DNA of 64,000 bases from Bdellovibrionales bacterium (GTDB lineage: Bacteria > Bdellovibrionota > Bdellovibrionia > Bdellovibrionales > UBA1609), in assembly GCA_965203095.1 (NCBI GenBank), contig OZ241877.1, positions 224,001-288,000 of the forward strand. Direction: 5' to 3'. The translations under genes were made by a program, and so were the position numbers. Positions 42,380-53,800 of the stretch are shown one piece after another. The notes below the pieces were generated by a model. That model saw only the letters and a list, made by a program, of their open reading frames with translations, made no database searches and was not told the origin of the DNA. The stretch's first letter is position 1. Every line of letters begins with the position of its first letter.

Positions 42380-43843
42380 GTGAAAACAATAATAAAATTT
42401 ATTTTAAGTTGGGCTGTCTTTTTTTCTTTTTCCATAAAAGCCAAAAAGACGGATCGCCCTTTCCCGCTCAATAAAGCTCTCTTGCAACAACTTAAAAAAC
42501 GAGGGCATTCTTTAATGTCTGATCGTTTAGGGAATTATATTTTAAGGGCAGAGGAGTTGGCCCATCGGAAAAAATACAATTCAGCCATTGATCTTTTAGA
42601 ATATCACTATCAAAAAGATCATTGGGCCGGGGGGGAAAAAGCTCAACTGAGTTTAAGTTTAGGCCAACTTTATGGGCAAAACCAAAATAAGAAAAAAGCT
42701 CTGACTTACCTTAAAAAAGCTTTAGATTTAAAAACTTTATCTTACTCACAACATATTTCCACCTTATATTATATAGCTCAAATACATGTTGGGGAAAACC
42801 ATTTTAACCAAGCTATGAAAACTCTTAAACTTTTGTTTTCAGTAAGTGAACACCCTGAGCCTCAGTTTTATATTTTATTGGCACATTGCTATTATTCTAA
42901 AGGTCAAAACCAAAAAGCCTTAAAGTATGTTGAAAAAGCTATCTCCCTCAGCAATGAGCCCAGGGAGAACTGGTTGAAGTTTGCTGTGGCTATTTATCTT
43001 CATAAAAAAAAATATCAAAAAGCTCAACCCATGTTGGAAAAGCTGACAGCACTTTACCCTTTTACTTCCAGCCATTGGAGAGAGCTTGCCGGGGTCTATT
43101 TGCTTTTAGGAAAAAACAAAATGGCTTTTGTGACATTAGACATGGCCAACAAAATGGGACATTTAAAAGAGGATTCGGACTACCTCAACCTCTTCTCTCT
43201 TTATGTTCATCAGGGTTTGCCTTACCAAGGTGCTCAGCTTTTAGAGAAAAAAATACAGAAAAAAATAATAGATAGAAATCAAAAAAATCTGGAGTTTTTA
43301 TCAGACGCCTTTTATTTAGCAAGAGAGGGAAAAGAGGCTTTGGCTTATTTAAAAGAGGCGAGCCATTTTGCAAAAGAGCCTGATTTTTTTATTAAATACG
43401 GCTATAGGCTTTTAGAGCAGGAAAAATGGGAACCAGCAGAAAAGGCTTTTAAAAAAGCCCTTCAAACTTCAAAAGTAAAAAACACCTTAGAGGAAATAAA
43501 GCAGTATAAAAAAAGGCTTTCCCGCGAACAAAAAAAAGAGGAGCAGTTTTCATTGAGCCCTCAAAAAAGCTCAGAGAGGTTTATAAAGCCAGAAAAAGAG
43601 ATGGAAAACGAGCTGATAAAAGCGGAGGCAAAAAGCTCATCATCGCAAGAATCCCTTTTAAAGACTCCTGATACAAACCGCATAGAGGACATCTATCTTG
43701 GCATAGGCATAGCCCTCTATCAGAGAGAAAACTATGAATCTGCTCTATCTTATTTTAAAAAATCAATAGAAATAAACGACAGTTTTTTAAGTGGATATCA
43801 GTGGATAGATTATGCCAGCCAAAAAATTTCAGAAAAGCCTTAG
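42380..43843 (+). CDS. Secreted TPR protein (TtpD-like)
   Basis: Signal peptide, multiple TPR-like helices, last gene of the TonB operon. Confidence 0.85.
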   Translation: MKTIIKFILSWAVFFSFSIKAKKTDRPFPLNKALLQQLKKRGHSLMSDRLGNYILRAEELAHRKKYNSAIDLLEYHYQKDHWAGGEKAQLSLSLGQLYGQNQNKKKALTYLKKALDLKTLSYSQHISTLYYIAQIHVGENHFNQAMKTLKLLFSVSEHPEPQFYILLAHCYYSKGQNQKALKYVEKAISLSNEPRENWLKFAVAIYLHKKKYQKAQPMLEKLTALYPFTSSHWRELAGVYLLLGKNKMAFVTLDMANKMGHLKEDSDYLNLFSLYVHQGLPYQGAQLLEKKIQKKIIDRNQKNLEFLSDAFYLAREGKEALAYLKEASHFAKEPDFFIKYGYRLLEQEKWEPAEKAFKKALQTSKVKNTLEEIKQYKKRLSREQKKEEQFSLSPQKSSERFIKPEKEMENELIKAEAKSSSSQESLLKTPDTNRIEDIYLGIGIALYQRENYESALSYFKKSIEINDSFLSGYQWIDYASQKISEKP

Positions 43844-43921
43844 CTTTGTCAAGAAGTTTGCTAAAAAACTTGGGGGGCTTTTTAGCAAACTTTTTCACAG
43901 GGGACTTTTTAATGGGAGGGC

Positions 43922-44638
43922 TTAATAATGACATTGGCTTTCTTCATTGTAAGTCCAGCCCCATTCAGCATCAGGGTCATTATCATGGACATATTTTTGG
44001 ATCAAATAGGATTTGCTGTAGACCACCCCAGAACTCAACACAATCTCTTTATCCCCCTCCAGCCGAACAATGCGAGTCTCATGCCCCTCTGGATGATAAG
44101 GGAGATAGGCATCCACACTGCGATAATCTAAAATCCCGTCTTCAGGTTTTGTTCGCTGATCTTCCGGTATCTCCATAACCTCAGGAGGAGTATAATACTC
44201 CCTCTCAAGATAAGCCTCAGTATATCTCCCCTCCTCATCGTAATTCTCTGGATAGCGTAATCTCAAAAAATCTTCTGCGAGTAAAACACCATTTTTATCA
44301 TAAAGCCTAATTCTTAAATCCTCCCTATAAATAGGTTTTTTATTTTTTTTTGTTTTATAGCAATAAGATCTACCGGAGAATTTAACCTTCTCATCTCCAT
44401 CATCTAAAAGATAAGGAAATCTTTTAGCAAAATCCTCACCTTCCTTGAGTTCTCCGCTTTCAATCACTTGTTGTTTTGACTTTTCTAATCTCCCCGGATC
44501 TGCGGGAAGATACCAACCATAAGACCTAATCTCCTCTAATTCCTTCTTAGGGAAATCGGGTTGTTGTTTTTTCCTCAAACAACTGCATGAAAAAAGCAAA
44601 ATCGCAAACAAAACACTATAAAGAAAACTCTTTGGCAT
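43922..44638 (-). CDS. Hypothetical lipoprotein
   Basis: GGGAG SD, lipobox-like LLFSC. Confidence 0.75.
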   Translation of the reverse strand: MPKSFLYSVLFAILLFSCSCLRKKQQPDFPKKELEEIRSYGWYLPADPGRLEKSKQQVIESGELKEGEDFAKRFPYLLDDGDEKVKFSGRSYCYKTKKNKKPIYREDLRIRLYDKNGVLLAEDFLRLRYPENYDEEGRYTEAYLEREYYTPPEVMEIPEDQRTKPEDGILDYRSVDAYLPYHPEGHETRIVRLEGDKEIVLSSGVVYSKSYLIQKYVHDNDPDAEWGWTYNEESQCHY

Positions 44639-44668
44639 TACTCCCTCTTTTTTTATCTTTTCTGCAAA

Positions 44669-44692
44669 GCTCCCGTGAAAACGGGAATCCAG
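44669..44692. repeat. 24-bp REP-like repeat, left inverted copy
   Basis: GCTCCCGTGAAAACGGGAATCCAG; exact reverse complement at 48109-48132. Confidence 0.85.
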
Positions 44693-44767
44693 AAAAGCTT
44701 GACTTTACTGAAATATAGAGAACAAAAATAATCAGCTAAGGCTTTCTCACAAAAAATTATTATAGCC

Positions 44768-47700
44768 TTATTTTTGTTTTTTGTCCATACTCTTTTGTGT
44801 TATTTCCCTTTTTTGACTTTTTTTCCGCTTTTTCTTTTTCTTCTTAGGGATTTTAGTAGCATAAATTCGCTTTTTCTGAGGGTTTAAAACCACAAGCCTT
44901 AACTTATCCCTCTCTACTCCCTCCGGTAAATCAAAAACAGCTCTCAAGGGGGAAAAGTTAAATGGTCGCTTTTCTGACCGGCCATTCTCATAAAAAAGCT
45001 CCATCTCCATTTTTAAAATCGGCCTTTTAATCTCCTTTAAAAGGCTCTTCTCCCTCCATAACTGGAAAAACAATGTGGGAAGTTTAGTATTCTGGGTCCT
45101 GGGGTAAAAAGAGGGAGTTTTAAGGGCTGTTCTCCTAAGCCTGATTTTAGGCACAACAAAAGAATTTTCATTAGGGTTATAAAAACCAGATATAATAATG
45201 GCCTTTCTTTTCTGATCTTCTCTGTGAAAAGAGTTGGTTTCGCCAGATAAATCCACTTTTTGATCTATCACCGCTCCGTATTTATGCGATGTCCAAAAGA
45301 TCTTCTGATAAGTTTCCCGATCTATCCACTGTTTCTTAATATCTCCTTGATTATTCATAATGCTCCAGCGTTTTTCGACAAACTCCCAAAATTGTTTGCC
45401 CCTTTCCTCCTAAACTCTTAAAGACCGGGGGATTTGGTATTTATGACAAGCCTCAAAAGGCATCCCCTTAAACCGGCGACAATACTCTATTGGTCCTGTT
45501 TCGGTTTCATAAAACTCTCTTCCTTGGCCTAAGGTATGAGCCAGCTCATGAGCTACTGTTCCCTGATCTACCTGATCTTCCCTCACAAAAGCTACATTCC
45601 AGCTCCCACCAAAAAAATCGCTTACCCAGTTGAAATTAGCATAATCCTCCATATCTAAAACCTCCCACTTAGGGCGAATCACTGTCCCTGCCACTGGCTC
45701 GCCTTCTCTATCCACCTTCTTATTAAAAATAAAATAATCATCGGGAACTACAGCAAAAATCTTGTGATAATGAAAACGGGAGCGGAAATTCTCTAAATTC
45801 CAAACATCCCATAGCAAGCCCTTAGTAATGTCCTCTCTATTCTGAGCTGGTTCCGCATTGCAAGAGCTTTTAATATAATCATAACTTTTTTCTCCTGAAG
45901 TATACTTCAAAGCATAGGACCGGATCATTGAAATGGGAAACATCGAAAAAATATAATCTATCTCATCCGAATCCACAAAATCCCTTACTTTTTGAATAGA
46001 AACCGGATTATAAGCCTTACAACTTCCTCCAGCAAAAAGCCTTGTCCAACCTATGCTTAAAACAGTTGTCTTTACCACATTCACACGAAAAGAACTCTCC
46101 CTTGAACAGGGAGGATAATTCTCATAACCTGATGGATATAACCGAACCTGCACAGAAAGATTTTTCAAAGGTTGATATAAAAAAGCCTCCCTCATCGGCA
46201 AAGGGAAAAACTTGGAATATCCCAAGCTCTCTAAATCCGATAGATTAAAATCACAAAGGTTTTCTTGCCCACTTTCCATCACTCTATCGGGCTGATGGAA
46301 GCAATTATGACGCCAATCTGCCTCACCGTTGATATATAAAGACAAACCAAATTCCGCATTCCAGCTCATATTGCTTTTGTTTATATGAACTAAAACCCCA
46401 GCCGGTTTTCCCCTTACCAAATCATAGTTGTCATAAGGAAAGTTGGCTTGGCTTTTCATTGGTTCTATTTGAGGGGCCTCCACACTTTGAAACACAATAG
46501 CAAATTGAATCTCTGGCATAGAGACAGGGCATTTTCCTGAGTTGTTATCTGTTTGTGCCAACACAATGGGGCCTTCTTGCTCTAAATCACTTGTGCGACT
46601 TCCCTTTAAATTCGGAGAATTAAGCTCAATACTTTTTCCAGAACTTTTATTAGATCTTTTACCAGATATTTTATCTGATGAGGTTTTTTTTAAAAATAGG
46701 AGGGGGATTGGTTCTTCTGCTGTTAAAAGAAGAGTTTGCTGGAGTAGGCTGTCCTGTCCTGACTTGAGCTACTGCTAAGCTCCCTGTTTGAGGTAAAACT
46801 CCACCCCGCTTTTTTTTTCTTGTTTGAGAAAGCCTTTTTTTGGAACTCTTTTTTGATTTTTTTGATTTTAAACTTTGGTTGGACTGGCTGGCCTTTTTCC
46901 CTTTCCCCTCAAGCTTTTGAGAAACCAAGGCTTTGCTCTTTTTTTGAGCTGGTTTAGAGTTTTTTGACTTAGAGGCAGAATGAGACTTTGAAGTAGAGGC
47001 TTTTTGAGCTGTTTTAGAGTTTTTTGCTTGATCTGCCTCTTTTTTTTGCCTTTCAGCCAGTATTTTCTCTAACCGGGCCTGCTCCTCAGCCTCCTTTGCC
47101 CTCAATTTTTCCTCTTTTTGCTTTCTCAGCCTCTCTTCTTCCTCCTCCTTCGCTCTTCTTTCCTCATCCATTTTTTGACTTTGAGCTTGACGGCACATAC
47201 TCAAAGCAAAATTGTTGAGGTAATGAGCCGTCTTTAAACTCCTAATCCCCTCACAACGAACAATATCCTTTGCCTTAAGATCTTCTCTCAAAAGGGATTT
47301 TTTATCTAAACTCTGTTTTTTGTATTTTTCCGCTAAACGGATCATGGCCTCATTACAAAACTTTTGATCAGTTGTTTGATTAGGGGCTGGGTTTTTTGCC
47401 TTCTCTAAAACTTCATCAATAGAGTATTTATTGGGAATGGCAAAACAACTCCTAAAATAATTTTTAAAAGCCTCTAATCTGTTCTCACAATCCATCTCGC
47501 AATTTTCCACCCCAAGATTGCAAACATTAGATTGAATATCGGATAAAGAGCTTATGAGGGTAGAAAGCTGGTTTAACTGGCAAGAAAGAATATCCCCGCC
47601 CGATTCCTCCACACGGCTTAAGCTTTCAGTTTTTAACTGTTGGGCCAAATCCGAACCATAATGTTCCTCACAATCAGAAGGATCCCTACAACAGAATTTA

Positions 47701-47915
47701 ATGTTTTCATAAGTGTTCTCGCAGTATTGATAAATCCCCTTACTCTCTTTTTTGTTTAAAGTAATGTCGTTTAAATGCTTCCAACATTCCTTCTCAACTG
47801 TGCAAGTGTAGCCAGAAGATTTTGTTGGAGTTGTTTTAAAATCTTGAGCTGATGATAAAGCAATGAAAGGGATAAGAAGGAAGGAGAGACAGGAAAAAAT
47901 ATAAGGAGAGGTCAT
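44768..47915 (-). pseudogene. Interrupted large secreted HEXXH metallopeptidase-like gene (three ORFs)
   Basis: ORFs 47915-46671, 46564-45410 and 45358-44768 join by removing one base at the A8 tract (46684-46691) and reading through TAG 45412-45410; TVAHELAHTLG motif. Confidence 0.75.
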
Positions 47916-47921
47916 ATAGTT

Positions 47922-47949
47922 TTATCGGTTTATTAGGAGTAAAACTTTA
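47922..47949 (-). promoter_or_regulatory. sigma28(FliA)-like promoter
   Basis: TAAAGTTT-N12-ACCGATAA, 6 nt before the ATG. Confidence 0.55.
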
Positions 47950-48108
47950 GGATTTTTTGATTTTTTTTGCTTAAACCCCACCACATTAAGGGTTCAAGAT
48001 GTTTTTCTCGCGAAATGAGATGGACCTTTAGGCAAAGACACTAAAAAGATAATGCTTTTTTGCAAAGCTTTGTGGGAAGACCCTCTGTTTTCACAGTAAC
48101 CGGCCTTC

Positions 48109-48132
48109 CTGGATTCCCGTTTTCACGGGAGC
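48109..48132. repeat. 24-bp REP-like repeat, right inverted copy
   Basis: CTGGATTCCCGTTTTCACGGGAGC. Confidence 0.85.
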
Positions 48133-48203
48133 CCGAAAGCCCAGTTGGCTTTCGGGCAAACTCGGCAAGAGCTGAAAAGCTTGGGGAGCTTTTTGGTAGG
48201 TAG

Positions 48204-48288
48204 TGAGGGTCCAAGGTATTTTTCCCGCCAGGTAAGATGGATTTTTGCTTATGCGGTTTATTAAATGTAGACTTGTATCAGGCAACTA
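48204..48288. repeat. MITE-like family A half element
   Basis: TGAGGGTCCAAGGTATT...TTTTGCTTATGCG...TTAAATGTAGACTT...GGCAACTA, homologous to 63504-63589. Confidence 0.7.
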
Positions 48289-48349
48289 TCTAAAATTTTT
48301 TGTATATATGGCGGAGTCCATTATTTTAAACAAATTAGAAGAAGAGACT

Positions 48350-48421
48350 TACTGATTACATTTGAGATTTCTGGTCAAAACAGAGTCCAGAAAGCAGGAA
48401 TTTTCAAACAAAATCAGTATA
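48350..48421. repeat. MITE-like family B copy (reverse)
   Basis: TACTGATTAC...GCAGGAATTTTCAAACAAAATCAGTATA. Confidence 0.75.
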
Positions 48422-48676
48422 ATAACTAATCTTCCATGAAAAAATCCAGTCACTATATTTCTTTGTCCAAAGCTGGCCCCATTTTTTGGCCGGGAATATT
48501 TTATAGAAAGAATTTTAAGTCAAAGAAGTGATATTGCAAGCTAAAAGAATTTTTAATAGATAAAACAACATATTTTATTTGAAAATTCAAATCAAGGGGA
48601 AATAAAAGTAAAATATTTTCAAAATTAAAGAAATTTATTTGATTTTAAAAAATATTCTATATATTTTCACAAAATT

Positions 48677-50899
48677 ATGTATTTTATTGCCTTATTTTTT
48701 GGACTTTCGGTTTTACTATCTTGCTCAGGATTGACCCAGCAGTATATTTTGCCCTCTCAATCTCAAACCAACAGAATGTTGCAAGATATTACTTTGCCGG
48801 AAAACCAGCCCAGCCAGCCTTTAGGGGGATATCGTTTGCAAGAACCCAAAAAGCTGACCGAGGCGGAAAAAGACGAGCGGACCCGGAAAAACTCCTTAGC
48901 CCCCATACTCTATAAAAGCCGATCTGCGGGGAATATCAATATGAAAACAGAGCAAGAAACTGCCTTAGATATTTTAAATTTACATTATGCCAGAGGTCCC
49001 CAACATTATTATAAAGAGGGCTTAGTAGTGATATGGAGAACAGATCCCCCTCTTATCCCTCGATTGATTTTCGTTTTGTCTGGCTATCAGGGCACGATGG
49101 ATTTTGGCCCAGCCATTACAGAAGGCCCAAGTAAGAGAAGGGTAGGCCAATCTTTTGCCGATCAATTTAGCTTTGGTGATGTTAAAATTGAACAAGATCC
49201 TAAGGCTATTCGTTTTATCACCTCCCTTTACAAGTATTTAGAAGATAAAAAAGAGGAAAACTGCCTGCAAAGCCAAAAATGCCAACTTTTAATAAATCCT
49301 GAAGGCGATTATATAGTGTTTGGGCTACCCAAAATGGTTTTGTTGTTCGGGAATAATGAAAGGCGACTCTTAACACAAATAGCCATTAAAGCCAATGATG
49401 AACCGGGATGTTTCAAAAATCCTTTTGATCTGATAATGGCTCAATTCCTCTGTGAAAAGGATAGTGATGGCTCCCATTGGACCTTAAAATTAGGAACAGA
49501 ATATAAAACAGTGGTTCAAAAATCGGGTATATCTCAAGATCTCCCCTTAAATTATACTAATAACTTTTTGGTTCAAGCTACAGAATCCACATTGATTGGC
49601 TGGAAAAGAATTGATCTTGAAAAAAAGTCAGAAACAGTGCTTGAAAAAAGCCCTTTACTTTATGTTGGTATGAGTAGCAATTATAACCAACCCTTTGTTT
49701 TGGCTCACTCCTTGATAAAGATTCAGAAAAATAGCTCCAGCACAGTTCAAATGCATTTAGATCCCATAACTGAAAACACAAAAAGGAATGTGACAGTGGA
49801 GGATATTCAGAAAAAACTGGCGAAAGGTGCGGGGCCAGAGGCTTTTTATTTATCCACATCCATGCCTCAAATTAAAGGCAATTACAAGCTTCAAAAAAAT
49901 ATGACAAAAAGTTTATTAGATATGTTGGAGAAAGAATATCTCTCTTTTTACAATGCAAGAGGAGTAAAAGTTAAAGTCTACAAAAAAATTTATGGGGAAT
50001 ACAATGATAAATATGTTCCTGAATCAACAGGGGTCTTAACTTTAAGCTTTCCCACATCCTCAATGGAGTCTTATTCTTTTCTTCCAACACTGCCCCGGTT
50101 GCCCGGCCTTCGAACTCCATTGGATTTGAATCTCCCTACAACCACAGGGAACCCTTATATCTCTGTTTACTTTTCCATAGATCATCCCAGTGGAAATATG
50201 TTTTTAAATATGAGTATAGGTGAAAACGAGTTTGGGAAATATATTTTAAAAAATCAAAAAGCCATCTCCCTCAACCCATCAGAACCCCTTATTTTAAATG
50301 GTTTTTCTCTCGGAGATAAGCTTTATTTGAGAAATCAAAATATAGGTGAGGGCACAGCCATTACAGCTTATCTTGTCGACTCTCAACCTTTGATCGCCTT
50401 AGCGAACTACACTTACGAATCAGAAATGCCTGTCATATATGAAAGTGGAAGAGACAAAAAAATCACTTTTCAAAAAGGGGTGAGCCTTTCAATAAGTGGG
50501 ATGGAGTTCCATATTAACCCCACGGCTCAAAAAAAAGAAATTCAAGGTCAAGTCTTTGATGAATATGAGATCAATGGCATGTTTACAGGTGCTGGTGTTT
50601 TTTTTGAGAGTGTTCAAAATTTGTGTTTTATAAACGACTTTCAAATTAATATGGGGCTGTTTGATCGCTATTTTGAACAAGAACTTAACCAAAAAATTAT
50701 GCAAATTAGATCTGAGCAAAACCCCATGCAGGCACAAGAGGATTTTATCTGCCCTTATATAGCACCTCAGGATCCTTTGTCTTCTGGTGTGAAAAGATCT
50801 TATTTTTTCCCCGATCATTACATGAAATTGCTTTTTTCAGATAGAGAACTATCTTCCATAGGCTTTTATAAAAAACCCTCTAACCAAACAGGTCAATAA
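48677..50899 (+). CDS. Large hypothetical lipoprotein
   Basis: Lipobox LLSC, 740 aa, TAATG overlap with next gene. Confidence 0.8.
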   Translation: MYFIALFFGLSVLLSCSGLTQQYILPSQSQTNRMLQDITLPENQPSQPLGGYRLQEPKKLTEAEKDERTRKNSLAPILYKSRSAGNINMKTEQETALDILNLHYARGPQHYYKEGLVVIWRTDPPLIPRLIFVLSGYQGTMDFGPAITEGPSKRRVGQSFADQFSFGDVKIEQDPKAIRFITSLYKYLEDKKEENCLQSQKCQLLINPEGDYIVFGLPKMVLLFGNNERRLLTQIAIKANDEPGCFKNPFDLIMAQFLCEKDSDGSHWTLKLGTEYKTVVQKSGISQDLPLNYTNNFLVQATESTLIGWKRIDLEKKSETVLEKSPLLYVGMSSNYNQPFVLAHSLIKIQKNSSSTVQMHLDPITENTKRNVTVEDIQKKLAKGAGPEAFYLSTSMPQIKGNYKLQKNMTKSLLDMLEKEYLSFYNARGVKVKVYKKIYGEYNDKYVPESTGVLTLSFPTSSMESYSFLPTLPRLPGLRTPLDLNLPTTTGNPYISVYFSIDHPSGNMFLNMSIGENEFGKYILKNQKAISLNPSEPLILNGFSLGDKLYLRNQNIGEGTAITAYLVDSQPLIALANYTYESEMPVIYESGRDKKITFQKGVSLSISGMEFHINPTAQKKEIQGQVFDEYEINGMFTGAGVFFESVQNLCFINDFQINMGLFDRYFEQELNQKIMQIRSEQNPMQAQEDFICPYIAPQDPLSSGVKRSYFFPDHYMKLLFSDRELSSIGFYKKPSNQTGQ

Positions 50900-53800
50900 T
50901 GAATACAAAAATCACTATATTTATTTGTTTAACTCTCTTTATATTTAGTTCCTGCCGGATAGCTAAGGAGCGACCTATTTTAACAGTTCCTGATGGCAAT
51001 AAAGACCGAATGCTAAAAGAGCTTTTTTCCGGCACAACTGGTAAACCAAAATACTGGTTATCAAAAGTCACTATAGTGGATTCCAGTTTTGAAGGAGGGC
51101 CAGGGTTTGTTAGCTCCCAAAGTGAGGCTAAGTTAGGTTATTTTGAGTTTACAAGGGATAAATTAAAATTCAATAATGCTGTGACGAGGCAAACTTTTGA
51201 AAAACCAGGAATCTCCCGGCAAGGGGTGAGAGAATTGATCAATGAATGGGATATTGAGCATTCGGAATACCGATTAGCGGAAGTGGATGGCTACACCACC
51301 AACAAAGAAGAGGAAAATAATTACATCCCATGGAATAAAAAAAGATATTTCACTATTGACTGGAGTAAAGCGGATATATCTGAAGTCAATACCTTCCCCT
51401 ATATCAATTATCTTCAGAACATAAAATGCTGGATTAAAAAAACCTCCCATGTAATAGACGATTCCCGAAAAATCACTCCCAATTACATTAGTTTTATTGT
51501 AGCTGTGGAGTATGAACAAGGTTCAAAGTGTTTCACTTTAAAAAGATATCAACAGAACAATTTTGTCTCAACAGTTTATTACAAATACTCATTTAAAAGG
51601 GAGAACAGTTTAAAAAATAAAGATTACAGCCCTTATGTTTATGACGGAGAACAAGATCCTTTACTTAAAAAATACGGTTATTTCCGGACAGTCCTTCCCT
51701 CTATAGCAGATGACAACCGGGATAAAAATATTTTTTATATGAACAGATGGAATCCCAATAAAAAACATGTTTTTTATTTTGGCCCAGGCTACCCGGAAGA
51801 GTATAAAGACATTGCTCATGGGGTGATTTGCCACACCAATAAGATCTTAGCTAAAAACAAGCTTAACGATTACCCCTTAGATGGGAAATGCAAAAAGGAT
51901 GGCTCTATTCCTGCTGGCAAGAATGAGACCTGTTCTTCCGGTATTTGTTTTGAATTGCGGGAAAATACAGGGCAAAAATTAGGAGACATTCGTTATTCTT
52001 TTTTCCATATTTTGTCAAAAAGTTCAGGAATTTTGGGCTATGGCCCTTCGGACGCTCATCCCGCTACAGGGGAGATTGTTAGTGGGAATGTTATTTTAAA
52101 TACCTATTACTTAGATTTTTACTTAAAATATTTACTACAAGACCGCTGGAAAAGAGATTGGAAAAAACATTACTCTGAAGATGGCCATCAGATCACAAGT
52201 AGCAAATACAAATATGATAATAGCTCTTTATTTTTAAAAATGAAACAAACTCTTAAAGAAAATGATCACACACTTTGGACAAACACTTCCAAATTAGTTG
52301 ATGAAACCTCAGAAATTCGTCCGGATTTTGAATATCTTATATCTCAACTGACTTTTGGTGACCCCCGTTGGTCTTACTGGACAAGAGGGCAAAACCAGCA
52401 AACAGATATGAAGTTTGATATAGATTCTATTTTTGAGATTATGCCTAAAAAAATTAGAGAACAGGGTCAAAAAATTATTCAGCAGATTCAAACAGGAGAA
52501 AACGGCCGGCAAAATCACGAGAGAAACACAACTGTTTATCCAGTAGAACCTGTAATAGCTCAACTCCCCTCTCTTCTGGCTAATGGAATGACTCCAGAAG
52601 AAATTAAAAAGAAAATATTGTTTAATTTAGCTCTTCATGAATTTGGTCATGTTCTCGGATTAAGACACAATTTTTATGGCAGTTTTGACACTCGCCATTT
52701 TCACAAACACTCACATGATGACAAACAACCTGTCCTAAAAAGCTCTTCAGTGATGGATTATACGATATTTAAAGATGAAGCCGCAGGCCCTTCCCATGCA
52801 GAATTTGGCCCTTATGATGAGGCCGCCTTGGTTTACTCCTACTCTAATGGAGAGATCGACTTATCAAAAGAAAAAAATGAATCTTACCTATTCTGCACCG
52901 ATCACCATCGTTCTCTTAATTTTTTATGCTCTGCTTGGGATTATGGGGGAACTCCTTCAGAAGTAATGATGAGTCTTATTGAGAATTATGAGGAAAGTTA
53001 TTTTATCCGAAACTTGAGAATAGGGAGAGCTTATTGGAACACCAGCTATTACCCTCGTTATATTTTTTCAACCATGTGGAAACTCAAAAAAGCACTTATG
53101 ATGTGGAGAACAGCTTTTAACCACAACCATATATCCAAACTTTTGAGTCAATCTTTGAAGTCATATAAGAATGAAAAAATAAATTTTATATCAAATCAAA
53201 TTCAAAAGGATATTCGTCAAGCTATAAAATTAAATCTGGCTTTTTACAACTCTGTTCTTCAACAACCAGAAAGTGATAGGGATTGGAAGAGTTTTTACGA
53301 TGAGGAATCCGGATCTATAGAAAAGATTGGAATCTTTTGGGACAAATTATTCTCCATGTATTTTTTAATGGGTGATGAAGGATTTTTATACAACCCTAAC
53401 TATTTTTTAGGTTCAGCCAGTTTTTTGACTTACATTGATCAGTTAGGCTTTCGTCAAATGATAGAGGAAATTATGGAAAACACTCTGACAGTTCGTGTAG
53501 ACATGGAACCTTGGTTTATCGGTTTTGGTAGATACCTTTACGCACAAAATGCCTCTAATTATTATAATATTGCTGGAGGCAAAAACTTGTTAGAGAAAAT
53601 TGCCGTGTATTGCTACACTCCTAAGGGTCTAAAAGATCGTTTTGGGATTGACCCTTACTCTTATAAAGTTCGTGAAGACAGCCCACCGGATTTTTTAGAC
53701 ACTGCTGTTGTGAATATGGAAAGGTATATTGATCAAATTACTGATCCCTATTACAAAGGTTCTAATGAAAAATTAGGCATTACTTTTTTTGATGAAAATT

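Noticed and set aside
45410..45412. Amber recoding (pyrrolysine or alternative code)
   Set aside because: TAG is an ordinary stop for hisS and others in this window; no pyl genes seen; a point mutation is simpler
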